A stretch of DNA of 63,229 bases, filler included, from Octopus bimaculoides (lineage: Eukaryota): NCBI RefSeq assembly GCF_001194135.2. It is 7 parts of 6 records of this genome, joined end to end, with 100 filler letters (N's around TTAATTAATTAA, not from the genome) between each part and the next. Parts side by side here need not be neighbours in the genome. Positions count along the whole stretch, not along the records: positions 1 to 14,708 come from NC_068988.1; positions 14,809 to 24,757 come from NC_068989.1; positions 24,858 to 35,125 come from NC_068989.1; 4 more parts are not named here. One strand, 5' to 3'. The position numbers were made by a program, and so were the translations under genes. Every line of letters starts with the position of its first letter. The stretch's first letter is position 1. Below, piece by piece: positions 13,395-26,445 of the stretch. The notes beneath the pieces were generated by a model that saw nothing but the letters and a program-made list of their open reading frames with translations, was not told the DNA's origin and did not search any database.

Positions 13395-13560
13395 TGTGTG
13401 GTTACGTGGTAAGAGGCATGCTTTCCAGCCATATGGCTCGCCGTTCAGTCCCATTGCCTGGCAACTTAGGCAAGTGTCTTCTGCTCTGGTCAGCCCGATC
13501 AAATCCTTGTGACGATTTGACAGGCGGAAACTGAAAGACGGAAAGAAGCCCATCGTATAT
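13395..13560 (+). mobile_element. SINE A 5' half
   Basis: GTGGTAAGAGGCATGC...CTTAGGCAAGTGTCTTC...GGAAACTGAAAG. Confidence 0.75.
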
Positions 13561-13599
13561 ATATTGTATAAAGGGTCGTGGGTAAGGTCAAATCAATGC

Positions 13600-14200
13600 G
13601 AAGTAAATGCAAGTTAAATCACAAGAAAACAAATATATGAATTAATGAAGACTTACCTTGTATTCAATATTTCGGGGTTATGACCTCATTTTCAAGAAAA
13701 TAAGCGAATTTTGCCGATGTGCATGTGCTTGAGCGTGTGTGGAGTGGACATGCGCGGAAAACTCTTGCTATAGCAATCAGCTAGCTTCCTGTAACTCCCT
13801 TCTGTTGTTAATCTTATGTTTCTTTTGTTGTATGAGGATGGCATCAGAGATTCTAAGGTTGCCCCTGTTCCGCTGTGTTGTGTTGATGTGCACTGTAGAT
13901 CCCCGAGTCTGGCATCTGTCTAGATGTCTCTTCACGGAAGTGCCTGCCTGCATGTGTTCCTTAATGCGTATATGCAGTTTTCTTATTGTGCTTCCTATGT
14001 AAGATGCGTCACATTTGCCATAAACCAACTCATATACAACATGGGTCCTCTGGCAATATTCAGGGTCATTGATGGGGCAGTTCGATAACGTAAACTCCTC
14101 GGAGTAGTGAGAGGTGTTGTTCTTGGAAAAGATCTGTCCATACGTTTGTTTTCTTATGATTTGCCTTGCATTTACTTTGCATTGTTGGGACTTACCCATG
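13600..14200 (-). mobile_element. Penelope-like element fragment encoding GIY-YIG endonuclease
   Basis: ORF 13777-14199(-) contains VVYELVYGKCDASYIGSTIRKLHIRIKEH, the VVY...C..C...YIG.T.R.L..R..EH signature of PLE GIY-YIG domains; RT absent. Confidence 0.85.
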
Positions 14201-14274
14201 ATCCTTTATACAATATATTCTACACAATGCTTCATAGTAATTACTGCATCATAATATACACATTGATACGTACA

Positions 14275-14319
<45 letters not shown>

Positions 14320-14436
14320 ATACTGATATCTATATACATACATATTTATATACATATATATATAGAGAGAGAGAGACAGAGAGAGACAGAGAGACAGAGA
14401 GAGACAGAGAGACAGAGAGAGAGAGATTATGAATAC

Positions 14437-14487
<51 letters not shown>

Positions 14488-14499
14488 TGTGTCTCCGTA

Positions 14500-14664
14500 T
14501 GTATCTGTGTCTTTCTGTGTTTGTCTCACTACCAGTGCTTGACAACCGGTGCTGGTATGTCTAACTCTCCAGGCTTTTGAAAATAGTACTGGGGTCGAAA
14601 CATTCCCGTAGGCGGTGCCCCATTTTGGCCGCAGTCTAATGATTGAAACAAGTACAAGATAAAA
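14500..14664 (+). mobile_element. SINE A 3' half
   Basis: CTTGACAACCGGTGCTGG...TGGGGTCGA...GGCCGCAGTCTAATGATTGAAACAAGTA. Confidence 0.7.
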
Positions 14665-14708
14665 TATATGAAAATACGTATAACTATATATAATATAAGT
14701 GTATATAT

Positions 14709-14808
14709 NNNNNNNNNNNNNNNNNNNNNNNNNNNNNNNNNNNNNNNNNNNNTTAATTAATTAANNNNNNNNNNNNNNNNNNNNNNNNNNNNNNNNNNNN
14801 NNNNNNNN
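14709..14808. other. Artificial scaffold linker (44 N + TTAATTAATTAA + 44 N)
   Basis: Exactly 100 bp, palindromic six-frame stop; identical at six places. Confidence 0.95.
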
Positions 14809-14865
<57 letters not shown>

Positions 14866-15337
14866 TATATATACATGTATATGTATATATATGTCCACGT
14901 TTTAAAACGAATAAAACGAATAAAATATACTAGTTAAGAGAGAGTAGACAACACAGAGACACTGGGAGAGATACACACAGCCAGAATTTAAAAGTAAAAA
15001 AAGAAAAAAGACATGAAGTAAATGTGAAAAGAAAGGTAAGGTACAAGATTAAATTTAAACAAAAAGAGAAAGAGAATGTGCAGCAGAGATACAGAGAAAG
15101 AGAAGCGCATAAAAGCTATAGGTTTTGGAAAGTATAGTGGTGCCACATAAGCAGGTGCATACGTTGAATATAGCAGTTGTCTGAGAAATGTCTGAGACGG
15201 TGCAGTTGTCAACGGCCTCCATTAATCCGACGTTTACTTACGACTATGTCTAGATTGCTTGTCAAACCAGTGTTTACGTAAATCCCTGCACATGGCGTCC
15301 ACCTATACACATGTTTGTGTACGTATCTATATATACA

Positions 15338-15395
<58 letters not shown>

Positions 15396-16657
15396 AATAT
15401 ATATATATATATATATGTATGTATATGTGTATATACAGATATATTTATATATACAAATGAATGTGTGCGGGCGTGTGTGCAAACTGTTTATTGACAGATA
15501 AGTAGCTCCATACGCATACTAGTGCGTATATCTATGTGTATGTATGCTTGTTTGTATGTATCTCTATATATACATACCTATATATGTATATACACACACA
15601 CACACATATGTATATATATATATATATATATATATTTATTTATGCATATATAAATATAAATGTATGTATATGCATACTCCCAAATGCACACACTGTGTCA
15701 ATGTTTGTTTGCAAGTATATACATACACATATAAATGTAAATCAAAATATATGAGTTAAATAAAAAGATTTACATATATGTGTATGTGTGTGTGTGTGCG
15801 TGCGCGTGTGTGCGTGTGTGTGTTTGTGCAAACAGGCACCACGCATGCGTTTATGTGTTTACGTTTGGCTGTGGGTGTATGAATATATGTATACATACAT
15901 ATACATATATATACTCATAGACATATGTATGTAAGTGTATGGATCTATATATTGCATGATCGCACGTATGTATATATTTATGTTGAAACTTGCATGTACA
16001 CGCGTATAAACTGACAACTGACTTCCACATACAGAAAAAGACTCATAGACACACGGACTCCATGCTACAGCATCATCGTGGCAGCGATGGGTAAAAAGAA
16101 ATAAAACTAATTTGAAAGCGCAATAAAAGACAACAGAATTCTATAAATTAACTGCAAACACGTTTATTGCTCTAGCAAAATTGTCAGGGCTTTGGACAAA
16201 TGTGTTAATAACATTAGGTAATATTCTGAGTAATATCCAGCTTCAAACAACATCTCCTTTTGTCTTTCTGAGTGTTAGCAAAATAAAATTAGGCAAGTTC
16301 ACGTCCCAGGAATAATCTTATATTTCTTTAGAACGTCCTTGATGTCCATAGGTTTAAAATTAGTAGATGAAGGTGCCAGAAGATACTGGAACACCGCATC
16401 TAAATTTATGTTGGGAGAATAGTTACCGTTACCGTGTTGATGTCGATTTAAAACACATGTTGTGTTGTAGTAGTTGCATAATTAATTATTTAAACGTTCT
16501 TTCATTTCATTTCATTTTCCACTTACATTTGTAGGTTAAATTCTCAGCAGACTCTACAGTGATTGTTGCTATATATATAATATACATCCATAAATATATA
16601 TACACGCACACGCGCGCGCACACACACACACACACATACACACATACACACACACAC

Positions 16658-16692
<35 letters not shown>

Positions 16693-16874
16693 TATGTATG
16701 TATACACACAAACACACATATATATATATGTGAATGCATATATATGTATATATTATATATATATAAAGGCATATATGTATGTATGTGTGTGTGTGTGTGT
16801 GTGTGTTTGTGTTTGTGTGTTTGTGTGCACACATATACATAATTATATAAATACATATATATACATACATGTAT

Positions 16875-16907
<33 letters not shown>

Positions 16908-17121
16908 CTCTTCGAAACGCCTGTGTTAGAATGGTGGCAGCTGATGAAGGAAAATGTTCTCTATGTGGCCTGTGTGTTTTCTGTACTCTGGTTATTATTC
17001 TTTTTTTTTGTCTACGTTTTGTTTGCAACGTCCTGTACCCAGATATGCATCTATATATACAGGTAGATGTAGGTGTGCAAAACTTGTACGTATATATGCA
17101 TATGCTCATTTATATATATAC

Positions 17122-17189
<68 letters not shown>

Positions 17190-17728
17190 NNNNNNNNNNN
17201 NNNNNNNNNNNNNNNNNNNNNNNNNNNNNNNNNNNNNNNNNNNNNNNNNNNNNNNNNNNNNNNNNNNNNNNNNNNNNNNNNNNNNNNNNNNNNNNNNNNN
17301 NNNNNNNNNNNNNNNNNNNNNNNNNNNNNNNNNNNNNNNNNNNNNNNNNNNNNNNNNNNNNNNNNNNNNNNNNNNNNNNNNNNNNNNNNNNNNNNNNNNN
17401 NNNNNNNNNNNNNNNNNNNNNNNNNNNNNNNNNNNNNNNNNNNNNNNNNNNNNNNNNNNNNNNNNNNNNNNNNNNNNNNATATATATATATATGTATATA
17501 TATATCTATGTATGTATGCATGTATACATATATACGTCTATGTATGTATGTTTGTATGTATATATGTATGTATGCATGTATGCATGTATGTATGTAATAT
17601 TTTGGACTAATGCGTATATGTCAATTAATGTGTTGAAGTGTTGAGTAAAGAACTGACACAGTTTGGGCTACCTGATGTCGTACAAAATGAAGACTAGTTA
17701 TTAAATCCATCTTCTGTTTACTTAATCA

Positions 17729-17761
17729 CTTATTATTGTCATTATCGTCATCATCATCATT

Positions 17762-17844
<83 letters not shown>

Positions 17845-17850
17845 TATTAT
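17729..17850. repeat. (CAT)n microsatellite
   Basis: Direct reading. Confidence 0.95.
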
Positions 17851-19701
17851 TATATACACATATATATATACACACATTTCGTAGAGAACATACTTATTAT
17901 TCCTTAAGAAGAATATCGACATGTTTGTATAATAAAAATATGAGTCCAATTTAAGATATGCGTTTCTTTCTTTTCTTTTTTTTTTTTTTGGAAAGGTTAA
18001 TAAATTGGCTTGAAGGAAAATTATATATACATATTTAGTAAATATCTTATACAATATATGAATGTAGTTTTATTATGTATTCATCATTCGTATAAAATTG
18101 TCTTATGAAGTGTAGACATAGACACACACACACGCACACATGCGTGCGCGCTCGCGCACATTGATCCACGAAATCGAAACCACGGCCTCATCATCGTGAG
18201 CCTAATGCCATAAAAACGAGACAACGACATTACATTTAAGCACACAGACGAACGTGTACACATATTTGTATATAGATACATAGATGCACACACACACACA
18301 TACATATACATATATATGTATTTATAGCAAAATAATATGTGTAGGTATTTATGTATATATGCGTGTATACACGTACATGCATGTGTATATATATATATAT
18401 GTGTGTGTGTGTGTATATGTATTTAAATATAGACACACACATATGTATACAGAGAATGAGAGAGAATGTACAGATTTATATATANNNNNNNNNNNNNNNN
18501 NNNNNNNNNNNNNNNNNNNNNNNNNNNNNNNNNNNNNNNNNNNNNNNNNNNNNNNNNNNNNNNNNNNNNNNNNNNNNNNNNNNNNNNNNNNNNNNNNNNN
18601 NNNNNNNNNNNNNNNNNNNNNNNNNNNNNNNNNNNNNNNNNNNNNNNNNNNNNNNNNNNNNNNNNNNNNNNNNNNNNNNNNNNNNNNNNNNNNNNNNNNN
18701 NNNNNNNNNNNNNNNNNNNNNNNNNNNNNNNNNNNNNNNNNNNNNNNNNNNNNNNNNNNNNNNNNNNNNNNNNNNNNNNNNNNNNNNNNNNNNNNNNNNN
18801 NNNNNNNNNNNNNNNNNNNNNNNNNNNNNNNNNNNNNNNNNNNNNNNNNNNNATATATATATATACATACATACATACATACACGAACACGATAGCTTGA
18901 TTGTGCATGATTTTGAATGTAGAAAACTCTGAAACCATCTGTGAAACTATTTGAGAAAATATAACTCGATCTCGTCTTCACTTCTTACGACATACGGAAC
19001 ATGTAGAAAGAGAATAAAAATACATCCTGATTATAGGATAACCCAATAATAACAACACCAATCCAATCTACCTCACAACTCAGAAACATGATAACAACAA
19101 TAACAACACCAACAACATTACTGTCCGTTTCTTTCATTTTCATTTGTTTAGTGAAAACTTTAATTAAATTGCAGAAGTGTATTATTCTAAATATTTACCA
19201 CAACTCTGAAATATTTCACTAGTTGTATTATCATTGATTAGTGTGTGTGTCCGTATGTGTATGTGTGTACGTGTGTATGTCTCTGTGTGTGTGTGTGTGT
19301 GTGTGCGTGTGTGTGTGTGTGTCTCATCTTCAACAAGAACCTCCACTATTCAATCATCTAGGTAAGAACACGTTTGGGAATTGTAAAGCTTATATTGTGT
19401 ATCTGTGTATACAGCACTTTAATTAATATTTGGCACAGGAATAGAAAACGCATCTGTTATTCTCTTCATTACATACGTACGTGTGTATATAAGCATATAT
19501 NNNNNNNNNNATATATATATATATATATATGCACATATATGCGTGTGTGTGTAGAAATATATACATTTATGTTTATATCCTAATACATGTCTACATTCAT
19601 GTATACCTTTTTCTTCATTGTATATATGTTGGTATATAGCATGCATGGCAATACACATACACACACATACACACACATGCACACACACACGCACACACAG
19701 C

Positions 19702-19738
<37 letters not shown>

Positions 19739-19740
19739 CT

Positions 19741-20137
19741 TCTTTTATTCCTTTCTTCTTTCACTTGTTTGAGTTATTTGTTTTAGCCATGCTGGAGCAC
19801 TACCTGAAAGTATTCTCATTCGAAGAAATCGACCCCAGGACTCATTCTTTGTCAGCTTTAGTGCTTATTCTATCGGTTTCTTTTGCCGAACGGCTATGTT
19901 ACGAGCGCGTAAACACACTAACATCGGATGTCAAGTGATGATGAGCGTACAAACACAAAAATACAGACTTAAATACATATGTATTTATACATATCCGTCG
20001 GGCTTCTTCCAGTTTCCGTGTACCAGAACCACTCAGAAGGCTTTGTTCGGCCCGAGGACATAGGTGAAGACACTTGCTCAATGTGTCACAAAGGGGAAGT
20101 GAACCCGGAATCAAATGGCTGGGAAGCAGGCTTCTTA
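19741..20137 (-). mobile_element. SINE A, diverged near-full copy
   Basis: Reverse complement of family A body and tail. Confidence 0.8.
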
Positions 20138-20168
20138 AAAATATATAAATATATTAAATATACATATG

Positions 20169-20211
<43 letters not shown>

Positions 20212-20815
20212 TATGTATATACATATATATACATTATATATATATATATATACATACATATATANNNNNNNNNNNNNNNNNNNNNNNNNNNNNNNNNNNN
20301 NNNNNNNNNNNNNNNNNNNNNNNNNNNNNNNNNNNNNNNNNNNNNNNNNNNNNNNNNNNNNNNNNNNNNNNNNNNNNNNNNNNNNNNNNNNNNNNNNNNN
20401 NNNNNNNNNNNNNNNNNNNNNNNNNNNNNNNNNNNNNNNNNNNNNNNNNNNNNNNNNNNNNNNNNNNNNNNNNNNNNNNNNNNNNNNNNNNNNNNNNNNN
20501 NNNNNNNNNNNNNNNNNNNNNNNNNNNNNNNNNNNNNNNNNNNNNNNNNNNNNNNNNNNNNNNNNNNNNNNNNNNNNNNNNNNNNNNNNNNNNNNNNNNN
20601 NNNNNNNNNNNNNNNNNNNNNNNNNNNNNNNNNNNNNNNNNNNNNNNNNNNNNNNNNNNNNNNNNNNNNNNNNNNNNNNNNNNNNNNNNNNNNNNNNNNN
20701 NNNNNNNNNNNNNNNNNNNNNNNNNNNNNNNNNNNNNNNNNNNNNNNNNNNNNNNNNNNNNNNNNNNNNNNNNNNNNNNNNNNNNNNNNNNNNNNNNNNN
20801 NNNNNNNNNNNNNNN

Positions 20816-20849
<34 letters not shown>

Positions 20850-21224
20850 ATGTATGTGAAAGTGTCTGTGTGTGTGGGTGCGTGTGTGTGTCTGTGTGTG
20901 TGCGTGCGTGCGTGCGCGTGCGTGTCTGTCTATGTGTGTGTGTGCGTGCTTGTCTCTCTGTGTGTGTATCTACGTGGGGCTGCTGGAAATTCCTTGTAGT
21001 CAAGGCTACCGTGAAAGTCTGGTTGAAGGCCCAACCTTCCCAGTTCTTTTATTGGCCTTAGAAAAAAATGGATCGCTGCAATAAGTGTTTAAATTTGAGA
21101 TGGGAATATGTTGAATAAAATCATGATCCTCCAGTATTTCCTTTTACTCCAGGCCAAGAACTTTTCAGAACCCCTCGTATATATATATATGTATATGTAT
21201 ATATATATGTAGATATATGTCATT

Positions 21225-21293
21225 ATTCAGTTTTATTTCAAGATTTCTCGCCCATAGAGAAAGCCCCGGTTTCTAACCTAAATCCGAGGCTCT
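21225..21293. repeat. Unclassified interspersed repeat, copy 1 (possibly Penelope-derived)
   Basis: GTTTTATTT..AGATTTCT...GAGAAAG...GGTTTCTAACCT..ATCC.AGGCTC shared with 22970-23050. Confidence 0.6.
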
Positions 21294-21497
21294 ATATGTA
21301 AGTATCATATATGTATGTGTGTATGTATGTATGTATGTATGTATGTATGTATGTATGTATGTATGTATGTATTACGTATGTATGTATTTATGTATATGTG
21401 TGTGCGCATGTTTTTTATTCATGTTTTTTTTTTTTATATGTCATATTAAGCTGTGTATTCTTGTATGCAACTAAGTTTGCAGAACACATACTCATAA

Positions 21498-21533
<36 letters not shown>

Positions 21534-21544
21534 ACACACAAACA

Positions 21545-21586
<42 letters not shown>

Positions 21587-22969
21587 AACAAACAAAAACG
21601 CACACAGAGCAAGTGCTAATTACAAACAAGAAACGACTCTTAAATAAATGACTCGAAACAAGTTTAGACACCGAGATTAAATAGTATATATAAAGAATTA
21701 TTTAAACTTAAAATGATTCGTGACAAATGGCCATCTTGTTTCGCTCAGGTTAGCTTCTCAAACGAAAAAAAATTTTCAGAAATTTGATTATCTTAATTTA
21801 TTGCTACTTCAGCAGACGCTTTCTCAGAAGCAATATGTGTAAATTATTTTAAAAGTATGGGTTTTTAATGTTTAAAACATTTGAATTGTTTGCAAATAGA
21901 AGCAGATATATTTATTTTGAAAGATGTCGGAAAATAGAGATAGAGAGAGTGTAGTGAAATAAAAAAGGAAGAATAAATGATCAAGAGACTCACAGATATA
22001 TATACTTATGTATATAAGATATTATATATCTGTATGCATATACGTGTCCCTGTTTGTGTGTGTGTGTGTGTGTATCCGCATAAGCGGGTGTCTATGTATT
22101 CCTTCTCGTTTGTTTACTGATATCCTTAATCTCATTAGTTCATCTAATACTTTCTTAAACCTTAGCTTATTGCTTTCTTATTATTATACTTAATGCTATC
22201 AATATTAATATCATTGTTAATTGTTTTATATTTCTTTTCAACATTGTTTTTACAGCATGGTAAGACAGTATATAATAGTACAAACATTGCTATATGCTTA
22301 CAGTCTTTCTTCTTTTCTATTTCTCCATATCTCTTCCCCCTCTTTACTTTCTCACTCGCATTCACTTACTTTGTTTCTTGTATTCTTTCGCCTTTAAACT
22401 CCATCTTCTATTACACAAATACAAGCACACGAAGATATTTTCACACATACACATACATGCATATTTTGGCTGTGCACCATTGATCATTATATTACGCTAT
22501 TTTCTATCTCACCACTGTATATCTATATTCTACTCCACCTTTTCACACATAATTCCTTCATTTTAATATAATTCCGTTTTATTTATAAACAAAAAGCGTC
22601 TTCTTTTCAAATGATTTGCCTGATGCTGCTTCCAAGAAGCACCTTAGAGCCTATCTATAAATTCTGTCAACCATCTCATCTGTTCGTTCGTTTGTAAAAC
22701 CCACCTGACAAAACAAAATGACTGTTCGTCACGAATTATTTCAAATTTGACCTTTGCGACACGATGAAATAGTATCGAACCATAGACATCACGATTTCAG
22801 ACGAAACTTCTTAACTACTGGCTCATACCTGCATCTATACATACAGACACGTGCACAAACAGCTAGGCTTACAATGCAACAAAAACATGAAGACGCGCAC
22901 ATACACATACGTACGCACACATCTATGCATATAATCAACTGTGTGAGTGTATGTATGCATGTTATTATA

Positions 22970-23060
22970 TAGTTTTATTTTTAGATTTCTGGCTAATGGA
23001 GAAAGAACTGGTTTCTAACCTCGATCCAGGCTCCTTCATTGGAATTTTAAACATCAACAA
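22970..23060. repeat. Unclassified interspersed repeat, copy 2
   Basis: Homologous to 21225-21293. Confidence 0.6.
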
Positions 23061-23189
23061 TATGTTTGTGTATATTTGAGTGTATGTGAAATATTTGGAG
23101 TCAGTGCAGTCGTAGATCTGGATCGTCTGTTTTATATGTGTATACTCATATATATAGTTACATGTCTATAAATGCGCATATGTACATAA

Positions 23190-23752
23190 ATGCTAAATAT
23201 TTGGAATGTTTTACAGATTTTGACAGTTCCCTGGATGGCTTCTATCTTTGAAATCTAATTAGCTTCTTCCGTTCTGGTTTCGGGAACCCTAATTTGTTAA
23301 GACTGAGGCAGTTTGTTGCAGCTCCTAGTGCGCCAATACTTACGGGTATAAATCTGAAATTGCAAACCGTGTTGAGTAAATTTCTCAACAGTTCAACATA
23401 GGTGTTTTCTTTTCCACAGATTTTAGCTTCATGTCGACATCCGGTGCACAACTAATTTCTAATATTGTTTACAGTTACTTTTCTCTCACACAAATCACTA
23501 TATCTTGTCTGTTATATTTTCATTCTACTGAGATTTCTAGAGACACCCACAAGTATTCTTTCATATTATGAGTGACTATAGCATTGACCAACTGTGGGTA
23601 CTTATCTCTTTGGCCTCTGGATTATCGTTCCGACGGATCTCATCGCACAGCTTTGCTTACAACAACGTGTTTCATCGCTACGTACTAAGGCGGTGACATT
23701 TTAGGACAACTGCTTATGATGTGGGTGATATCTTTGGTGTAAACTCCACACC
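23190..23752 (-). mobile_element. Decayed 3' end of an RLE-type non-LTR retrotransposon (R4/Dong- or CRE-like)
   Basis: Manual minus-strand translation gives CGVYTKDITHIISSCPKMS (zinc knuckle-like), NRQDIVI...ILEISC (PD..D/E nuclease-like), FRFIPVSIGALG and GTVKICKTF; many stops and frameshifts. Confidence 0.7.
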
Positions 23753-23837
23753 TAAATATTTCGAATACACTGTTATACACGCTTTGATATGCTTACAAAT
23801 AAACATACACAAACGCATACATACATACATACATAAT

Positions 23838-24046
23838 CTTTTGTACCATGGGTACAAGGTCTGGACATTGGGGTGGGGATAAGTCGATTACATCGACCCC
23901 AGTGATTCACTGGTCGTTGATTTATCGACACCGAAAGAACGAAAGGTAAAGTCGACTAGGTGGAATTTGAACTCAGAACGTAACGACAGACGAATTACCG
24001 CTAAGCATTTCGCCCGGCGTGCAAACGATTCTGCTACCTCGCTGCC
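23838..24046 (-). mobile_element. SINE B
   Basis: Reverse complement of family B. Confidence 0.8.
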
Positions 24047-24711
24047 TTACATACACACACACACATACATACATACATACATACATACATACATACACAG
24101 ACATTCATACATTCATATATATAACATACAGACATATATATATATATATATAATGCCATGCTTTGTACATGTATATATATGTGTGTGTGTGTGTGTGTGT
24201 ATGTGTGTGCGTGCGTATGTGCGTGTGTGTGTGTATGCACACATATAAAAATGTAAGTGTGTGTATATATATACATATATATATATATATATGCATACAT
24301 ACACATACATATATATTTGTAGTATATGTATGTGTTTGCTATGGGAAAACTAGTTATGTATATTTTGCGAATTCTTGGGAAGGTGTGTGTTTGTTGAGGC
24401 TGAACAAGTAAGCTTTGAATGGGAGGAGAAAGTTTAAACAGAGCAGCGGTCACCTATGGCCAGCCTGAAAAATACACTTAGAGACACCTGCTAGACGCGA
24501 ACCTGTTTAAGTTATACACCACTTATGAATAGAGAGAGACAACAATAAGGAGTTAATGTAAATGTATGCGCGTACGCACTCATAGATATACAGTGAACAT
24601 ACATACATACATAAATACACATCATATACAAATATGTACATATATATACATACATATATATGTAGATATGTATGCATATACACACAAAGCCATACACACA
24701 TACACAAAGAA

Positions 24712-24757
<46 letters not shown>

Positions 24758-24857
24758 NNNNNNNNNNNNNNNNNNNNNNNNNNNNNNNNNNNNNNNNNNN
24801 NTTAATTAATTAANNNNNNNNNNNNNNNNNNNNNNNNNNNNNNNNNNNNNNNNNNNN
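24758..24857. other. Artificial scaffold linker
   Basis: 44 N + TTAATTAATTAA + 44 N. Confidence 0.95.
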
Positions 24858-25175
24858 GATGAAGGCAGAGGAGCAGATGAAGGAGCAGGCAAAGCAGGAG
24901 TAAGAGACGAGGTGAGAGGGGGAGGAGGTCGTAGGAGGAAGTAGGAGGGGGAGGACAAGGGGAGGATGGAGGAGGGGGAAGAGGCAACAAAGGCCATCTT
25001 GTGGGGAGGCAATGATGATGATGATGATGATGATGATGATAGAGATGATGATTATAGTGATGATAATGATAATGATGGTGATGATGATGACGACAATGAT
25101 GATGAAGATAAGGTTGATGCTGCTGCTGATGATGATCATCATCATCACCATCATCATCACCATCATTATCATCAA
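24858..25175. repeat. GGA-rich and (GAT)/(CAT) low-complexity tract
   Basis: Direct reading. Confidence 0.85.
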
Positions 25176-25727
25176 GGTGTTCTATTTGGTTGCGTTGCTA
25201 TGGCATGTTTTTTGACAAGGTAGGATTTCTGATACCAACCTAATCTTGGAATCTAGTAACCATGGTGATGTGTAAATATTTACCTTCTAATTAGAAAACA
25301 GGTTATTTGATCTTTTGCAGGTAAATTCCTTTCCTAATAGACATCAGAGAGTGAGTGATGCCTCTCTCTCTTGCATAGGATAATAAACTCAAGAGTGAGT
25401 GAAGCCTCTCTGTGAGTGTATATAAGTGGGTGTGTCTGCATACATCTTAATATGTGTATGTGTGTATGTTAAAATGTAGGTATAGGATTGTGCTAAAATG
25501 TGTGAGAAGGTGGGGAAGTACTTATGTGTATGAGTGTGCGTGTCTCTGTTGTGGTGGTGTGTGTGTGTGAGTGTATGCACTCATATGTATGTGAGTGCAT
25601 GTGTGCACTTATATGCATATGTGTGTGTGTATATTTGTAGTGCTTATATGTACTCATATATATGTATATGTGCCCTTACACACATGTGTGTGTGTGTGTG
25701 TGTGTACTCATACATATATATATATAT

Positions 25728-26207
25728 TACTCTTTTACTTGTTTCAGTCATTTGACTGTGGCCATGCTGGAGCACCGCCTCTAGTCCAGCAAATCGACCC
25801 CAGGACTTATTCTTTGTAAGCCTAATACTTATTCTATCGGTCTCTTTTGCCGAACCGCAAAGTTACGGAGACATTGACACACCAGCATCGGTTGTCAAGC
25901 GATGTTGGGGGGGACAAACACTGACACACAAACACATATATATACATATACATATAAACGACAGGCTTCTTTCAGTTTCTGTCTACCAAATCCACTCACA
26001 AGGCTTTGGTTGGCCCGAGGCTATAGTAGAAGACACTTGCCCAAGGTGCCACGCAGTGGGACTGAACNNNNNNNNNNCTCACAAGGCTTTGGTTGGCCCG
26101 AGGCTATAGTAGAAGACACTTGCCCAAGGTGCCACGCAGTGGGACTGAACCCGGAACCATGTGGTTCGTAAGCAAGCTACTTACCACACAGCCACTCTCC
26201 TGCGCCT
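25728..26207 (-). mobile_element. SINE A, young-looking full copy (duplicated around a 10-N gap)
   Basis: Close reverse complement of the copy at 2767-3320. Confidence 0.88.
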
Positions 26208-26225
26208 ATATATATATATATATAT

Positions 26226-26445
26226 CTTTTATATTTTATCTTTTACTTGTTTCAGTTAGTAGACTGCGGCCATGCAGGGGCACTGCCTTGAGGAGTTTAC
26301 TTGAACAAATTAATCCTAGTACTTATAACTTTTAAGGCCTGGTATTTATTTTATCAGTTTCTTTTTTGTCACTCTGCTAAGCTACAAGAACCTAAACACA
26401 CCAACACTGGTTGTCTCGTGGTGGTCAGGAACAAACGCAAAGATG
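26226..26445 (-). mobile_element. SINE A 3' half, diverged
   Basis: CTTTTACTTGTTTCAG...GACTGCGGCCATGC...TAAACACACCAACACTGGTTGTC. Confidence 0.7.

Noticed and set aside
15242-15302. Minus-strand exon ending at a GTAAGT donor
   Set aside because: No pyrimidine tract at the acceptor and no recognisable peptide.
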